From an uncultured Methanosarcinales archaeon (GTDB lineage Archaea; Nanobdellota; Nanobdellia; Woesearchaeales; GW2011-AR4): a DNA stretch of 64,000 nt. The stretch spans positions 20,163 to 84,162 of the forward strand of contig CAZPFO010000001.1 of NCBI GenBank assembly GCA_964585935.1. The letters run 5' to 3'. The position numbers and the translations under genes were made by a program. Below are positions 25,425 through 35,040 of the stretch, piece after piece (the first letter of the stretch is position 1; every line of letters starts with the position of its first letter). The notes beneath the pieces were generated by a model that saw only the letters and a program-made list of their open reading frames with translations, was not told where the DNA came from and made no database searches.

Positions 25425-26915
25425 TCAAACAATCTCTCCAACAACACTCCTAAGCATGTGCCCTGTAACCCTGACATCACAGAATTTCTTTAAATCCAGC
25501 CTTTTCTTAACGCCTATGATCAATGGGTAAGTTCCAATCTGCCTTCCGAAGGTTGTGTTTCCGTCATGGATTTCCATCCTGATTTCTTTTAATATTGTGC
25601 CTATCGGGACTAATTTTTTAAGCATTGCATTGTCTATTTTCTGCCTTATTTCGTTGCGCCATTTCCAGTAGTACCTTTTGTTTTTTTTGATGAATTTATT
25701 CCCTGCTTCTTTGTAGAGTGGAGTGCCTTCAAATATTGAAACTTGCCTTATATTTATCCTTCTTACCAATAGATTATTAATTAATATTTTATTTAAAAAA
25801 AACATATTTTGTTTATGTGTTTCCTTGCTTTCGTTTTTAAGACCAAAAATAATGTTTATTCCCGGCAGAAATTTAGGCATTCCGTTTTTTCCGGTTTCTT
25901 TTCCGAATTTGTTCAGTATTTCAATGGCTTTGTAGGTGATTTCAGGATTGGAGTTTAAATTATTGGCTTTAACAACCTCTTTGTCAAAGCTTTCAACGCC
26001 TAAAGCTGCGACGTTTCCTTCTGTGCAATATTTTACTATTGCTTTTGTTATGTTGTTGTTTTTGTCATTAACAATCTTCACTGGGTTGACATTATCGATA
26101 TGCAAAACCTTAATGTCCTTGCAGTCTTTTCTTATGTTTTTTAATAGCTCGATAGCCTCAGGATAAGAATAAAAGCAGCTCTGTTTTCCTATCCTAAAAT
26201 ATCTTTTGCCTAGATTATATAATTTTTTAATTTCGCTGAGGGCATCTTTTGAATCCCTAAATTCCAGCTTATGCTTCAAAGGCTCTGTGCAGAAACTGCA
26301 CTTTCCAATATCGCAGCCATGGGCTGTTTCAATTTCAATAATCCTCAAATCAGGAATCTGGCCTATTATCTTTGCTCCTTCAACAGCATAATGATTAATT
26401 TCGCCATATTTAGGATCAAATTCTTCAATTTTATCAAAAACCTTTAAATCAACCTTCTCAAAAAACTTTCCACCTTCTAACTGGGTTCCAAAAACAGCTG
26501 GTCCAGTCAATATTTTCTTGCAGTTTAGATTTTCGATTAATCTATTGACTTCGGACAAAGTGCCTGGCAAGGCAGAAAGATATTTGCCTGGAACATGCAC
26601 TCCAAGAATCACAACCAAGGTATTTGTTTTGTCAAGAATTTCTTTTATGTTTTTGTAGTTTTTAGTTAGGTTGTATGTCTTTATATCCGTCTTTAATGGC
26701 TCTTTTTTTGTTTTTTTATTTTTTAATGATGGGTCTTTTTTATTGGTTTTTAAATTAGAATTGTAAAGCCTCAAGTCATCTATTGTAATATAATCAACTT
26801 TGTGCCCTTCCAATGATAATTTGCCATAAATATACCTGGGGTATGTGCCTAAATAAGGCGGTACTCCAAGGCCTGCTGGCTCGTCTGTGTAGCAGTCCAG
26901 TATTGTGCATCCCAT
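25425..26915 (-). CDS. radical SAM domain protein (archaeal type, with an N-terminal B12-binding-like / Rossmann-like region)
   Basis: 496 aa. The cluster motif reads AHGCDIGKCSFCTEP, which is CX4CX2C rather than the canonical CX3CX2C. Downstream is a radical-SAM-like barrel (GVESFD..., INIIFGL). Confidence 0.55.
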   Translation of the reverse strand: MGCTILDCYTDEPAGLGVPPYLGTYPRYIYGKLSLEGHKVDYITIDDLRLYNSNLKTNKKDPSLKNKKTKKEPLKTDIKTYNLTKNYKNIKEILDKTNTLVVILGVHVPGKYLSALPGTLSEVNRLIENLNCKKILTGPAVFGTQLEGGKFFEKVDLKVFDKIEEFDPKYGEINHYAVEGAKIIGQIPDLRIIEIETAHGCDIGKCSFCTEPLKHKLEFRDSKDALSEIKKLYNLGKRYFRIGKQSCFYSYPEAIELLKNIRKDCKDIKVLHIDNVNPVKIVNDKNNNITKAIVKYCTEGNVAALGVESFDKEVVKANNLNSNPEITYKAIEILNKFGKETGKNGMPKFLPGINIIFGLKNESKETHKQNMFFLNKILINNLLVRRINIRQVSIFEGTPLYKEAGNKFIKKNKRYYWKWRNEIRQKIDNAMLKKLVPIGTILKEIRMEIHDGNTTFGRQIGTYPLIIGVKKRLDLKKFCDVRVTGHMLRSVVGEIV

Positions 26916-26983
26916 ACTATTAAAGAATTAAATAGTGAATAAAAAGGTTTGGGTTTGATTTTTAGATTAGAGTAAAATAAAGT

Positions 26984-27682
26984 TTAATCTTGTTTATCAC
27001 TATCTATTTTTAAATCAAGCCAATCTACGATATCTTGAGCTAATTTTTTCATTAAGTCTTCTCTTTTATGGCCTTCAACTGCGGAGTATTCTAATCCGGT
27101 CTTAAATGATTCTTTCTCTACTTTATGAACCGAAGCAAAATAATCATCATTACATTTCGCCCATTGAAGCAAGGGTGCCTGCCCTATCTTCAATACAATT
27201 TTCTTTTTATGAGGATTATCTACTGGTTCTACACTGTAAGTACTTATCAAAGTTGAACCATCTTCATAGTGATTGTTTTCCATACTTATTTTGCAACTAT
27301 ACTCACTGCTCAATGTTTCTTTTAGATCGGCTAAAGGAGCTTCATACAATTTCTTTTGGGTATTAGCAGTTTGTATATCTGGATGATTTTCAAGTGTTCT
27401 TAAATATTTAAGATGGTCTTCTTGTTCTGGAGATTTTGTTTCTTTTCTTTCTAAAGATTCTATCCCTTGCTTAATACTATGAGGTATTACTATGCACTTT
27501 TCCACTTCCTCATTTATACGAGTAATATCATTCAAAAGAATTGCTAAGTTATTCACACTACGAGGTAAAGACTTGTATTGTATAGCGTACATATCAAGTA
27601 TATTATCCATATCAACCACCATTAAGACTCCAAGAAATAAATCCCAGAGTGTTTTATCATTACCACACTCTTTTTTAACCAA
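26984..27682 (-). CDS. hypothetical protein
   Basis: 232-aa ORF. No family recognised. Confidence 0.5.
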   Translation of the reverse strand: MVKKECGNDKTLWDLFLGVLMVVDMDNILDMYAIQYKSLPRSVNNLAILLNDITRINEEVEKCIVIPHSIKQGIESLERKETKSPEQEDHLKYLRTLENHPDIQTANTQKKLYEAPLADLKETLSSEYSCKISMENNHYEDGSTLISTYSVEPVDNPHKKKIVLKIGQAPLLQWAKCNDDYFASVHKVEKESFKTGLEYSAVEGHKREDLMKKLAQDIVDWLDLKIDSDKQD

Positions 27683-27697
27683 CTAACATTAATCTAT

Positions 27698-28762
27698 TTA
27701 AATCCTTTTCGCTTTAAAATTTAAGATATCATTAATCCTGCCGCCTTTCTTCCAGAACAGATAAACATACCTGAACATAGCAATGTAAATCAGAACAACC
27801 ATTGCAACAAGAAACTGCTGCTTATATGCAAAATTAATCAATACTGCTGCAATAGTAAAGTAAGTGACAGCAACTGCAATCTGGGCTATAGGGGCTAAAA
27901 TAACATCCTTCTCTTTCTTAAAGTAAAACAGTTTTATAAAGCCATTAACTGCTGATGGTATGATCATCAAGACAAGCCAGTACAGCTCTAAAAATCCCAC
28001 AAAATAAAAAGAGACGAAGCTTAGAAGTATCAGGCTCCAGTCAGTAAAAGAGTCAAAAATCCTGCCAAAGGTTGTTGTCTGTTTCGTCATCCTTGCAAAA
28101 AGGCCGTCCAGTTTATCAGTTGCAATTATGATTATGAGTATTATCAATGCCTTGTTGATACTGCTCCTGAACACCATCACCATATAGAGAGGTATTAAGG
28201 CGAATCGTGCAGCAGTTATAATATTGGGCAGATTAATTATTTTCTCTTCAATATTTTTAGAGGCTTTTATCAGATAATCAATGCCTGAAACCAGTGTTAT
28301 TATCACCGCTATAAGCATAAGGTGCCCGTTATAGGGGATATTCAGTATTACTGCAATAATTGCAATTGTCTGGCTTATTGTTTTTATTTTGCCCAATATG
28401 CTTGCGCTTATAACAATGCCGCTAACCAAAGCAATCAATCTTATGACTGTAATTATCACTTCCCTTGTGATTATCGCTATAGCCATCCATGCATCAACAC
28501 CCCTGCCAATAAGAAAAATCAATGCTACACCAATCAGCAGTTTGTCAGCAATAGGATCAAGTATTTTCCCAATTTCAGTAATCTCTTTATTTTTTCTTGC
28601 AATATAACCGTCTAAAGCGTCTGATAATGACAGTATAATAAAGACAAAAGCAGCAATGTAATCTTTATAAGGCAGATTACTTAATAAGAATGCCGCGAAA
28701 ACAGGTATGAGCAGAATCCTGATTATTGTTATAATGTTTGATTTATAGAGCAGCTGTTTCAT
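27698..28762 (-). CDS. tandem fusion of two CDP-alcohol phosphatidyltransferase domains (archaetidyl head-group synthases)
   Basis: 354 aa with two complete CAPT motifs, DALDGYIARKNKEITEIGKILDPIADK and DKLDGLFARMTKQTTTFGRIFDSFTD. Each sits in its own multi-TM module. Confidence 0.8.
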   Translation of the reverse strand: MKQLLYKSNIITIIRILLIPVFAAFLLSNLPYKDYIAAFVFIILSLSDALDGYIARKNKEITEIGKILDPIADKLLIGVALIFLIGRGVDAWMAIAIITREVIITVIRLIALVSGIVISASILGKIKTISQTIAIIAVILNIPYNGHLMLIAVIITLVSGIDYLIKASKNIEEKIINLPNIITAARFALIPLYMVMVFRSSINKALIILIIIIATDKLDGLFARMTKQTTTFGRIFDSFTDWSLILLSFVSFYFVGFLELYWLVLMIIPSAVNGFIKLFYFKKEKDVILAPIAQIAVAVTYFTIAAVLINFAYKQQFLVAMVVLIYIAMFRYVYLFWKKGGRINDILNFKAKRI

Positions 28763-28806
28763 TCCAAAACATAAGATTTATAATACTTATATAATTTTCT
28801 GTTTGT

Positions 28807-29442
28807 ATGAAATATGACCTGCACATACACACTAAATATTCCAAATGCAGCAATTTAAAGCCGGAGATATTGTTAAAGCTGGCAAAAAAACTTAAGTTTG
28901 ACGGCATTGCAGTTACAGACCACAATACAATAAAAGGCAGCTTAGTTGTTTCAAAATTGAACAAAGAAAAAGATCTTGAAGTGATAACCGGAAGCGAGAT
29001 CAACACACCAGATGGGAGCATCCTTGCGTATTATATAAATGAAGATATTAAATCGAAAAATTTGCTGGATGTTCTGGATGAGATAAAAAAACAGGGAGGT
29101 ATGGCAGCAATAGCTCATCCTTTCAGGCTTTCCTTTAATCGTGAACATCATTTTAGATACCCTATAGAGAAAATAAAAAATAAAATTGATGCTATTGAGG
29201 CATTTAATGCGAGGAATCTCCCAGGCAATAACATGAAGGCAATCAAGACAGCAGACAAATTAAAGATTACCAAAATAGCTGGCTCTGATACCCATTTTGC
29301 TTTTGAGTTTGGCAAGGCATATACTTTGTTTGAAGGCAGTTTAAGAGATGCTGTCAAAAAAAACAAAACAAAGATAAAAGGAACAATAATCTTCGGGCCT
29401 GTTGGAGGGCTTATAAGTTACTTTAGATATCGCCTATTATAG
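28807..29442 (+). CDS. PHP-domain metal-dependent phosphoesterase
   Basis: 211 aa with MKYDLHIHTKYSKCS, GIAVTDHN, AIAHPF and GSDTH motifs. Confidence 0.75.
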   Translation: MKYDLHIHTKYSKCSNLKPEILLKLAKKLKFDGIAVTDHNTIKGSLVVSKLNKEKDLEVITGSEINTPDGSILAYYINEDIKSKNLLDVLDEIKKQGGMAAIAHPFRLSFNREHHFRYPIEKIKNKIDAIEAFNARNLPGNNMKAIKTADKLKITKIAGSDTHFAFEFGKAYTLFEGSLRDAVKKNKTKIKGTIIFGPVGGLISYFRYRLL

Positions 29443-29480
29443 CAAAATTTATAAATAAAAATAAAAAATAAAATTTTAAA

Positions 29481-30032
29481 ATGGAATTTTTGGTTTTCAT
29501 CTTAAGCTGCCTTTATTTTATGGTGCCGGCGTACTTCGCAAATATGGCTCCTGTTTTTGCCAGAGGATCTTTTAAAGAGCTTAAAGTGCCCCTTGATCTC
29601 AATACAAGATTGAACAAACACAGAATTTTCGGCAAGAACAAGACTTTCAGGGGACTGTTTTTTGGCATTATTCTTGGCGTAATAACCGCCTTTGGGCAAT
29701 ACCTTCTTTATAATTTTGATTTTTTCAGGCTTATCTCACTTATTGATTATTCTAACTGGCTCCTGATAGGATTTTTATTCGGCAGCGGAGCAATTTTTGG
29801 CGACTTGGTTAAGAGCTTTTTCAAAAGAAGGTTTGATATCAAGCCCGGCAAACCATTTATTCCATGGGACCAGCTGGATTTTGTTATTGGCTCTTTGGTA
29901 TTTATCTATCCAGTATCCAGATTATGGCTGCCATTTGACAAGATACTGGCCATATTAATTCTAAGTTTTGTTCTGCATATTATAGTAAACCATGTAGCTT
30001 ATTACTTAAAGATAAGGAAAGAGAAGTGGTAA
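29481..30032 (+). CDS. carS: CDP-archaeol synthase
   Basis: 183 aa of the multi-TM DUF46/CarS type. Motifs are YFMVPAYFANMAPVF...GKNKTFRGLFFG...GDLVKSFFKRR. Confidence 0.8.
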   Translation: MEFLVFILSCLYFMVPAYFANMAPVFARGSFKELKVPLDLNTRLNKHRIFGKNKTFRGLFFGIILGVITAFGQYLLYNFDFFRLISLIDYSNWLLIGFLFGSGAIFGDLVKSFFKRRFDIKPGKPFIPWDQLDFVIGSLVFIYPVSRLWLPFDKILAILILSFVLHIIVNHVAYYLKIRKEKW

Positions 30033-30496
30033 TTAAGTAAAAACAGCAATTGGGTTAGAGCTAAAAAGATTATACCGCTAGAAATGACCTTCAGATAATT
30101 CTTTTTTCTTCTGTCTAATAGCAAAGAACCTGTTGCCATTCCAAATAGAATGATAAAAAGAGCCCCGATCAGGAATAAATTTGTATCTTTTGAGCTTAAG
30201 AAAAAGGTAAAAGCCAGAACTGCATATATCAGCCCGGATTTTTTAAAATAATCCTTAATTTTCGCTTTTGAAAAATAAAATATTGACAAAATTATTAATA
30301 AAAACACCAAGAAGATATTCACTTTTAAGAAAACTAAAAAGAAGACTAATGATAAGACAAAAAATAGATTTTGCAAAAAAATGAAATATTTTCTTCCGGG
30401 CTTTTGCTCTTCAGGAGCTATTGACACTAAAATCATGCCCAGTATTAATCCAAAAAAGGATATCAAGCTTGCCAAGAAATAATTGATAAACTGCAT
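30002..30496 (-). CDS. integral membrane protein, unknown function
   Basis: 164 aa with 5-6 hydrophobic helices. Confidence 0.5.
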   Translation of the reverse strand: MQFINYFLASLISFFGLILGMILVSIAPEEQKPGRKYFIFLQNLFFVLSLVFFLVFLKVNIFLVFLLIILSIFYFSKAKIKDYFKKSGLIYAVLAFTFFLSSKDTNLFLIGALFIILFGMATGSLLLDRRKKNYLKVISSGIIFLALTQLLFLLNYHFSFLIFK

Positions 30497-30497
30497 T

Positions 30498-30935
30498 TTA
30501 TTCCAGTTTCATTATTTTGTCAACCCTTCTATGGTGCCTTTCTTCCTTGCTGAAAGGTGTTTCGAGCCATATCTTCACTATTTTTTTTGCCAAGCCTTCC
30601 TTGGTTGTTCTTTCGCCCAGGCACAAAACATTGCCGTTATTATGCTCACGAGACATCTTTGCAGTGTACTCGTCAAATGCTACAGCAGCCCTGATTTTAT
30701 TTACTTTATTGGCTGCAATGCAGCTTCCAATGCCTGTGCCGCAGATTACAATGCCCCTGCTGTTTGTTTCAGAAACTTTCTTTGCAACTTTGTAGGCAAA
30801 ATCAGGATAATCGCAGCTTTCTTCGCTGTTTGTGCCAACATCTTCATATTGGTAATTTAGTTTTATCAGGTATTTTTTTATAAGTTCCTTTAACTTGAAC
30901 CCTGCATGATCAGAACCTATTATTATTTTTTTCAT
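30498..30935 (-). CDS. rpiB: ribose-5-phosphate isomerase B (RpiB/LacAB family)
   Basis: MKKIIIGSDHAGFKLKE...GIVICGTGIGSCIAANK...HNNGNVLCLG. The start is taken at the internal ATG at 30935, because the 31-aa upstream extension in the ORF track overlaps the NUDIX gene. Confidence 0.85.
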   Translation of the reverse strand: MKKIIIGSDHAGFKLKELIKKYLIKLNYQYEDVGTNSEESCDYPDFAYKVAKKVSETNSRGIVICGTGIGSCIAANKVNKIRAAVAFDEYTAKMSREHNNGNVLCLGERTTKEGLAKKIVKIWLETPFSKEERHHRRVDKIMKLE

Positions 30936-30946
30936 TTTTATTGATT

Positions 30947-31345
30947 TTATATTAAACTCAATGTTTTTAAATCTTTCTCTAAGGCAGGAACACCATCGTA
31001 GTTTATGTATTCCTCTGGCTTTATCCACTTGAAGTCCATGTTTTCATGGCATAGTTTAACATCTTTAGAGTCTGATTCGCATAAAAATGGGATAACAACC
31101 CATGTCTTTTCTTCTTTATCGTCAACAACCTTGACTATTTCTCCCTTTTTTATGATTCTTGCTTTTAATCCTGTCTCTTCTTCAATCTCCCTCAAAACAC
31201 TCTCCTCTGCAGGCTCAAACTCTTTTACAAACCCGGAGCAAAAGCCCCATTTTCCAGGGTAGTTCTTGTCATCCAAGGCTTTCCTCAGGATAAGGATTTT
31301 TCCTTTGTTTTTTACCACGCCAGCAACAGCAAAATAGGTTTTCAT
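30947..31345 (-). CDS. NUDIX hydrolase
   Basis: The Nudix box is GKWGFCSGFVKEFEPAEESVLREIEEETGL. Confidence 0.8.
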   Translation of the reverse strand: MKTYFAVAGVVKNKGKILILRKALDDKNYPGKWGFCSGFVKEFEPAEESVLREIEEETGLKARIIKKGEIVKVVDDKEEKTWVVIPFLCESDSKDVKLCHENMDFKWIKPEEYINYDGVPALEKDLKTLSLI

Positions 31346-31347
31346 TT

Positions 31348-32238
31348 TTATATAATTATGAAATAGAGTCCTAAGAGCATCAACAAAGCCGAGATTATTT
31401 TTATACTTAATGTTTTTCTGTCAATTGCTTCTTTTATTATCCTCGGGAAGAAGATTGAGAGTATGACAGCTAAAATCAATGTGAAGATGTTCTGGAAACC
31501 CCCCACTAAAGTTACTAGTGAAACTGGTGCTCTCTGGATTGCAAGATAAGCAAAGACCACGCCTGCCATGCCTATTCCCTCTACTGTGTACATAAAAGAA
31601 CCTTTTTTAATTCCAAATTCTTTTATTGTTTCTTTTGTTTTTTTAAGCGCGGTTTTTGAAAAAGCCAGTACAACTAATACTAATATAAGAAAACCAGTTT
31701 CTCTCAATATCATCATTGTTGAAAAGTTTGTAGATGATGCAAGTTTCAACAGAAGGTTATGGACAGCCCAGATAAAAGAAGACAAAATAATTAACAGAAC
31801 GCCTTTGCGTAGTAATCTGCCATTTTTATGGTCTGATGAGATGAGGAAAGTGCCTGAGATTATCAGGATAAAAGCAAGATAATGTTTTGGAGATAGCATC
31901 TCATTGAGGAACATAGTTTCGAGCACCAATACAAACAGGGGAGTGATCCCATATAAGGTTATTATCCTTGAGACTTCTTCTTTGTAGAGCACATATATAA
32001 AAAAATAATATCCCAACCCTGCAAGAACGCCTGACAAAAGAAGTAAAAAAGTATTTGTTAAGCCTGGGTTTCTGAAAGGCTCCATAAAAAGAAGAAGCAG
32101 GCTTAAGAATGCTGTTGGAGCTATAAATAAAAGATAGCCAAGGGGGCTTTTTATATGCTTAACGCGCATGAACTTTACAATTATACTGCCAAATGCCCAC
32201 AGAAAAGGGGCCATTAAAGCAAAAAATATCCATTCCAT
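31348..32238 (-). CDS. EamA/DMT-family transporter
   Basis: 296 aa with 10 predicted TM helices in two EamA-like halves. Confidence 0.7.
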   Translation of the reverse strand: MEWIFFALMAPFLWAFGSIIVKFMRVKHIKSPLGYLLFIAPTAFLSLLLLFMEPFRNPGLTNTFLLLLSGVLAGLGYYFFIYVLYKEEVSRIITLYGITPLFVLVLETMFLNEMLSPKHYLAFILIISGTFLISSDHKNGRLLRKGVLLIILSSFIWAVHNLLLKLASSTNFSTMMILRETGFLILVLVVLAFSKTALKKTKETIKEFGIKKGSFMYTVEGIGMAGVVFAYLAIQRAPVSLVTLVGGFQNIFTLILAVILSIFFPRIIKEAIDRKTLSIKIISALLMLLGLYFIII

Positions 32239-32239
32239 C

Positions 32240-32497
32240 TTAACTCCTTACAAATCTGCTGTGGCCCCACTGTATCAGCAAATCGACTTTTAGATTTTCC
32301 AAGCTTTGCGGGGTGTCGCATGCCCCGAAACAGGAGCCCATCCAAATAAGAACGCCAGCATTTGTTTTAGTTTCTATCTCTTCCTTTATTTCTTTTGCCT
32401 TTGGCTTCAGACCGTCAGGTAACTGGATGCAGACTGTTTTTGCCCTTGATTTTTTTATTTCAGAGATTGCTTTGGAAAGTTCTAAATTATATTGCAT
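32240..32497 (-). pseudogene. dph2: N-terminal 85-aa remnant of diphthamide synthase Dph2
   Basis: AKTVCIQLPDGLKPKAKEI...GSCFGACDTP...DLLIQWGHS aligns with the first ~85 residues of archaeal Dph2 (~340 aa). The ORF stops 1 nt before the EamA gene start, leaving no room for the rest. Confidence 0.65.
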
Positions 32498-32536
32498 GAT
32501 TATAGAGAATAAGAATGAGTTTAAAAGGGTTTTTGT

Positions 32537-33472
32537 TTAGGCTGCTTTGTAAAGTTTATTCATTTGGACTTTATAAGCAACTTTACTTGTATCTTTAAAA
32601 TATTGGAGTTTATTGGACCGATGGTTATTTTTTTGAGGTTTTTTATTTCCATATTTAGATAAAACATTCTTAAGAATTTTATCCAAATTCTCTTTTATTT
32701 CTATAAAGCTGTCACGCTCATGATCAACTAATTCGTCTTTTCTTTTATTTATTTCTTCTTCTAATTGAGCTGAATAGTTTTTAAAAATGTTGTATAATTC
32801 ATTGCCTTTGTTGGGATTATTATTGATATAGTTCTTGATAGCTGATCTTACTTTTATTGAGCTTTGTTTATTGGTGATTGAGATATTGTCAATAAATTTT
32901 CCTTGTAAGTCGCCATATTCTCTTAATCCGTCTAAATAAGCGAAAACACCCTCTTTGATGTTTCCACTATCTACCAATATATCCCCTATTTTTAAATAAG
33001 AATCGTCTATTAATGATTTTTCTGCGTCGTGTTTTTTTATAAGTTTTATTGTTTTTTTGTAAGTGTTTATTGAACCTTCATGATTTTTGTTTGATCTGTC
33101 CTCGATTTGATAAATCACATCGGCTAGGTTAAAGTGATCCTTGATAAATCTGCTATAATCCTCATTATTTTTTGCAATTTCAATCCTTTTTTCTAATTTA
33201 CTTTTTAATTCGCTTCTCTCAGTTGTAGTTTTTGGTGTTTTCCAGTATAATTCATTGATTCTCTCACTAAGATCTTGATAATATGTAGTTTGGTCTGTTG
33301 AAGGAGTAGATTCGACTTGAGTTTGGTTTGGTTGATTATGAAGTTCTTCTTCTGTTTGGTTCTTTCCAGCTCCAAAATATGCTATTGGAATTAAGACTCC
33401 GGCAACTCCTACAGCGAACATAATACTGGCTGTTGTTTGCATCCTACCAAAAACAGTATCCATATCATCCAT
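32537..33472 (-). CDS. hypothetical N-terminally membrane-anchored protein
   Basis: 311 aa with one N-terminal TM (ASIMFAVGVAGVLIPIAYFGA). The remainder is Lys/Asn-rich and helical. Confidence 0.55.
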   Translation of the reverse strand: MDDMDTVFGRMQTTASIMFAVGVAGVLIPIAYFGAGKNQTEEELHNQPNQTQVESTPSTDQTTYYQDLSERINELYWKTPKTTTERSELKSKLEKRIEIAKNNEDYSRFIKDHFNLADVIYQIEDRSNKNHEGSINTYKKTIKLIKKHDAEKSLIDDSYLKIGDILVDSGNIKEGVFAYLDGLREYGDLQGKFIDNISITNKQSSIKVRSAIKNYINNNPNKGNELYNIFKNYSAQLEEEINKRKDELVDHERDSFIEIKENLDKILKNVLSKYGNKKPQKNNHRSNKLQYFKDTSKVAYKVQMNKLYKAA

Positions 33473-33622
33473 TCTTATACCTACATAAACAATTCATCCA
33501 TCTCGAATCTGTTAAGGTCTTTTTTGTTTATCAATCTAGCGAAATCTTTGGATTTCATCTTTTTCCTTTCCTCCCGCATGTTCTCAACTTCGATTGTGTC
33601 TTCGTCAAATACGTCGTCCATT

Positions 33623-33892
33623 TTATATTTCTCCTTTATAATCTCCTAAATCATAGAAGTATTTTTCTCTTGTCTCAGTATTAAGCAGGGCAATTTGTCC
33701 ATCATACTCTAAATAAGTAAGTGCCCATTTTCCTTCCTTAGAGATATTAATAAAAATTCCTGATTCACAAGATTGTGAAATCTTTACTTCAATATCTCCA
33801 TCAGGATGGCTAAACATTATTTGTTCTAAATTACCTTGAGTATCCATCTCTAAATCCATAATTTCTGGTTTATTTTTTTCTTTAACTGTCAT
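33623..33892 (-). CDS. hypothetical small protein
   Basis: 89-aa ORF. No family recognised. Confidence 0.45.
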   Translation of the reverse strand: MTVKEKNKPEIMDLEMDTQGNLEQIMFSHPDGDIEVKISQSCESGIFINISKEGKWALTYLEYDGQIALLNTETREKYFYDLGDYKGEI

Positions 33893-34193
33893 TTTCTTCT
33901 CTAACCTTCTCCTTTGAGTTTAGGATTAGCATATCTTCTTTGTATTTGTTATTCTTAATCTCTTTCTCAACTTTCTTCTTATCAACTTTTTCAGAGTTTA
34001 CTATCTCTGCAAGCTCCATTGAAACCACCCTTATTTCTTCACTACTCATTAGTAGATATGTTATATATAAAGGTTTCGGTTTTGGTTAAATATCTGGGAA
34101 AATAGGGTAGCAACAATAGAGAAGATGAGGTATTATGAAGTGAGAATGTAATGTGGTTCTAGACGAATGTGAGAAAGTTGAAAGAAAGCTAGA

Positions 34194-34427
34194 CTATCCA
34201 ACATACTTAAAACGAGGAACTTCTTTACCATCAACATTAACATATTCAAGAAACATCTTTTTTGGTCTAACCCATAAAGCATTTTTGCCAAACTCTTCTG
34301 AATCATAAAGAGCGCGATATACTACCAATTCTTCCAAAGTTTCGCTGTGTCTTGCGACACTAATAACTTCATAGAATTTGCCTTTGTAATGTTGATACTT
34401 TCCTAGCTTTAAGTCTTCCATAAGCAT
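34194..34427 (-). CDS. DUF1653 family protein (cassette 1)
   Basis: 77 aa. GKYQHYKGKFYEVISVARHSETLEELVVYRALY...LWVRPKKMF is the DUF1653 signature. Confidence 0.75.
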   Translation of the reverse strand: MLMEDLKLGKYQHYKGKFYEVISVARHSETLEELVVYRALYDSEEFGKNALWVRPKKMFLEYVNVDGKEVPRFKYVG

Positions 34428-34473
34428 AGATAAGTTTACATTATTAAAAACTTTTCGGGAGGGCTTTCTTTTT

Positions 34474-34546
34474 ATTGAACATGATTATTGTTAGTCGCAC
34501 CGACCCCTACGAAGTTGGCGAGGCAAAGAGCGTAAGCGACGAAGAG
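34474..34546 (+). repeat. cassette junction A: core ATTGAAC-N9-GTTAGTC plus a GC-rich insert (accgacccctacga subfamily)
   Basis: attgaacatgattattgttagtcgc followed by accgacccctacgaagttggcgaggcaaagagcgtaagcgacgaagag. It shares the 16-nt gcaccgacccctacga with junction D. Confidence 0.7.
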
Positions 34547-34605
34547 TTAATTTTGAGATGCTTCTATCAATAATTTTAAATATAAGTTAGTGATATAATA
34601 AAATA

Positions 34606-34821
34606 ATGGAAATATTGTACATACAAATTGGTGGAATCGCATTATTGATTGGTATATTCTTATATATGGCATTAAAGCCAAGATATTGCCCTAAGTGCAA
34701 TACCAAATTACCAATTTGGAGGAAACCTAAGAATAAAAGGCAAGCATTATGGGGTGGAGATACATGTCCAAATTGTGGGTGTGAAGTTGATAGAAAAGGA
34801 AAAGAAGTTACTAATTCTTAA
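34606..34821 (+). CDS. small membrane protein with a C-terminal zinc ribbon (cassette 2)
   Basis: 71 aa with an N-terminal TM (IGGIALLIGIFLYMAL). The Cys pairs are CPKC...CPNC. Confidence 0.6.
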   Translation: MEILYIQIGGIALLIGIFLYMALKPRYCPKCNTKLPIWRKPKNKRQALWGGDTCPNCGCEVDRKGKEVTNS

Positions 34822-34835
34822 GCATCTCAAAATTA

Positions 34836-34917
34836 ATTGAACATAAAACTTGTTAAATGCCCCGACGACCGAAGGGAGGAGAGCGCAGCGTGGTCGAGGA
34901 GCGAAGCGACGAAGAAG
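34836..34917 (+). repeat. cassette junction B: core ATTGAAC-N9-GTTAAAT plus a 57-nt GC-rich insert (cccga / gagagcgcagcgtgg subfamily)
   Basis: attgaacataaaacttgttaaatgc followed by cccgacgaccgaagggaggagagcgcagcgtggtcgaggagcgaagcgacgaagaag. Confidence 0.7.
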
Positions 34918-35040
34918 TTCAAAAAAGGCCGTAAAATAAAGGACAGAGTCCGATTAAGTAAAAGGAGAAAGAGCCCCAGAAAATTGATACTCAATTTCAA
35001 ATTAAAAAGATTTAAATAGATGTAATTTTTAATTTAAAAC

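Noticed and set aside
34837-35019. 60-aa ORF (TTG start, extremely basic) and the 79-aa ORF at 36098-36337, both over the GC-rich cassette junctions.
   Set aside because: Both are read through the repeated junction/insert sequences. The equivalent frames in junctions A and C are closed (C has a stop in ctt gtt aag tga). The similarity between junctions is at the nucleotide level, not in a conserved reading frame.
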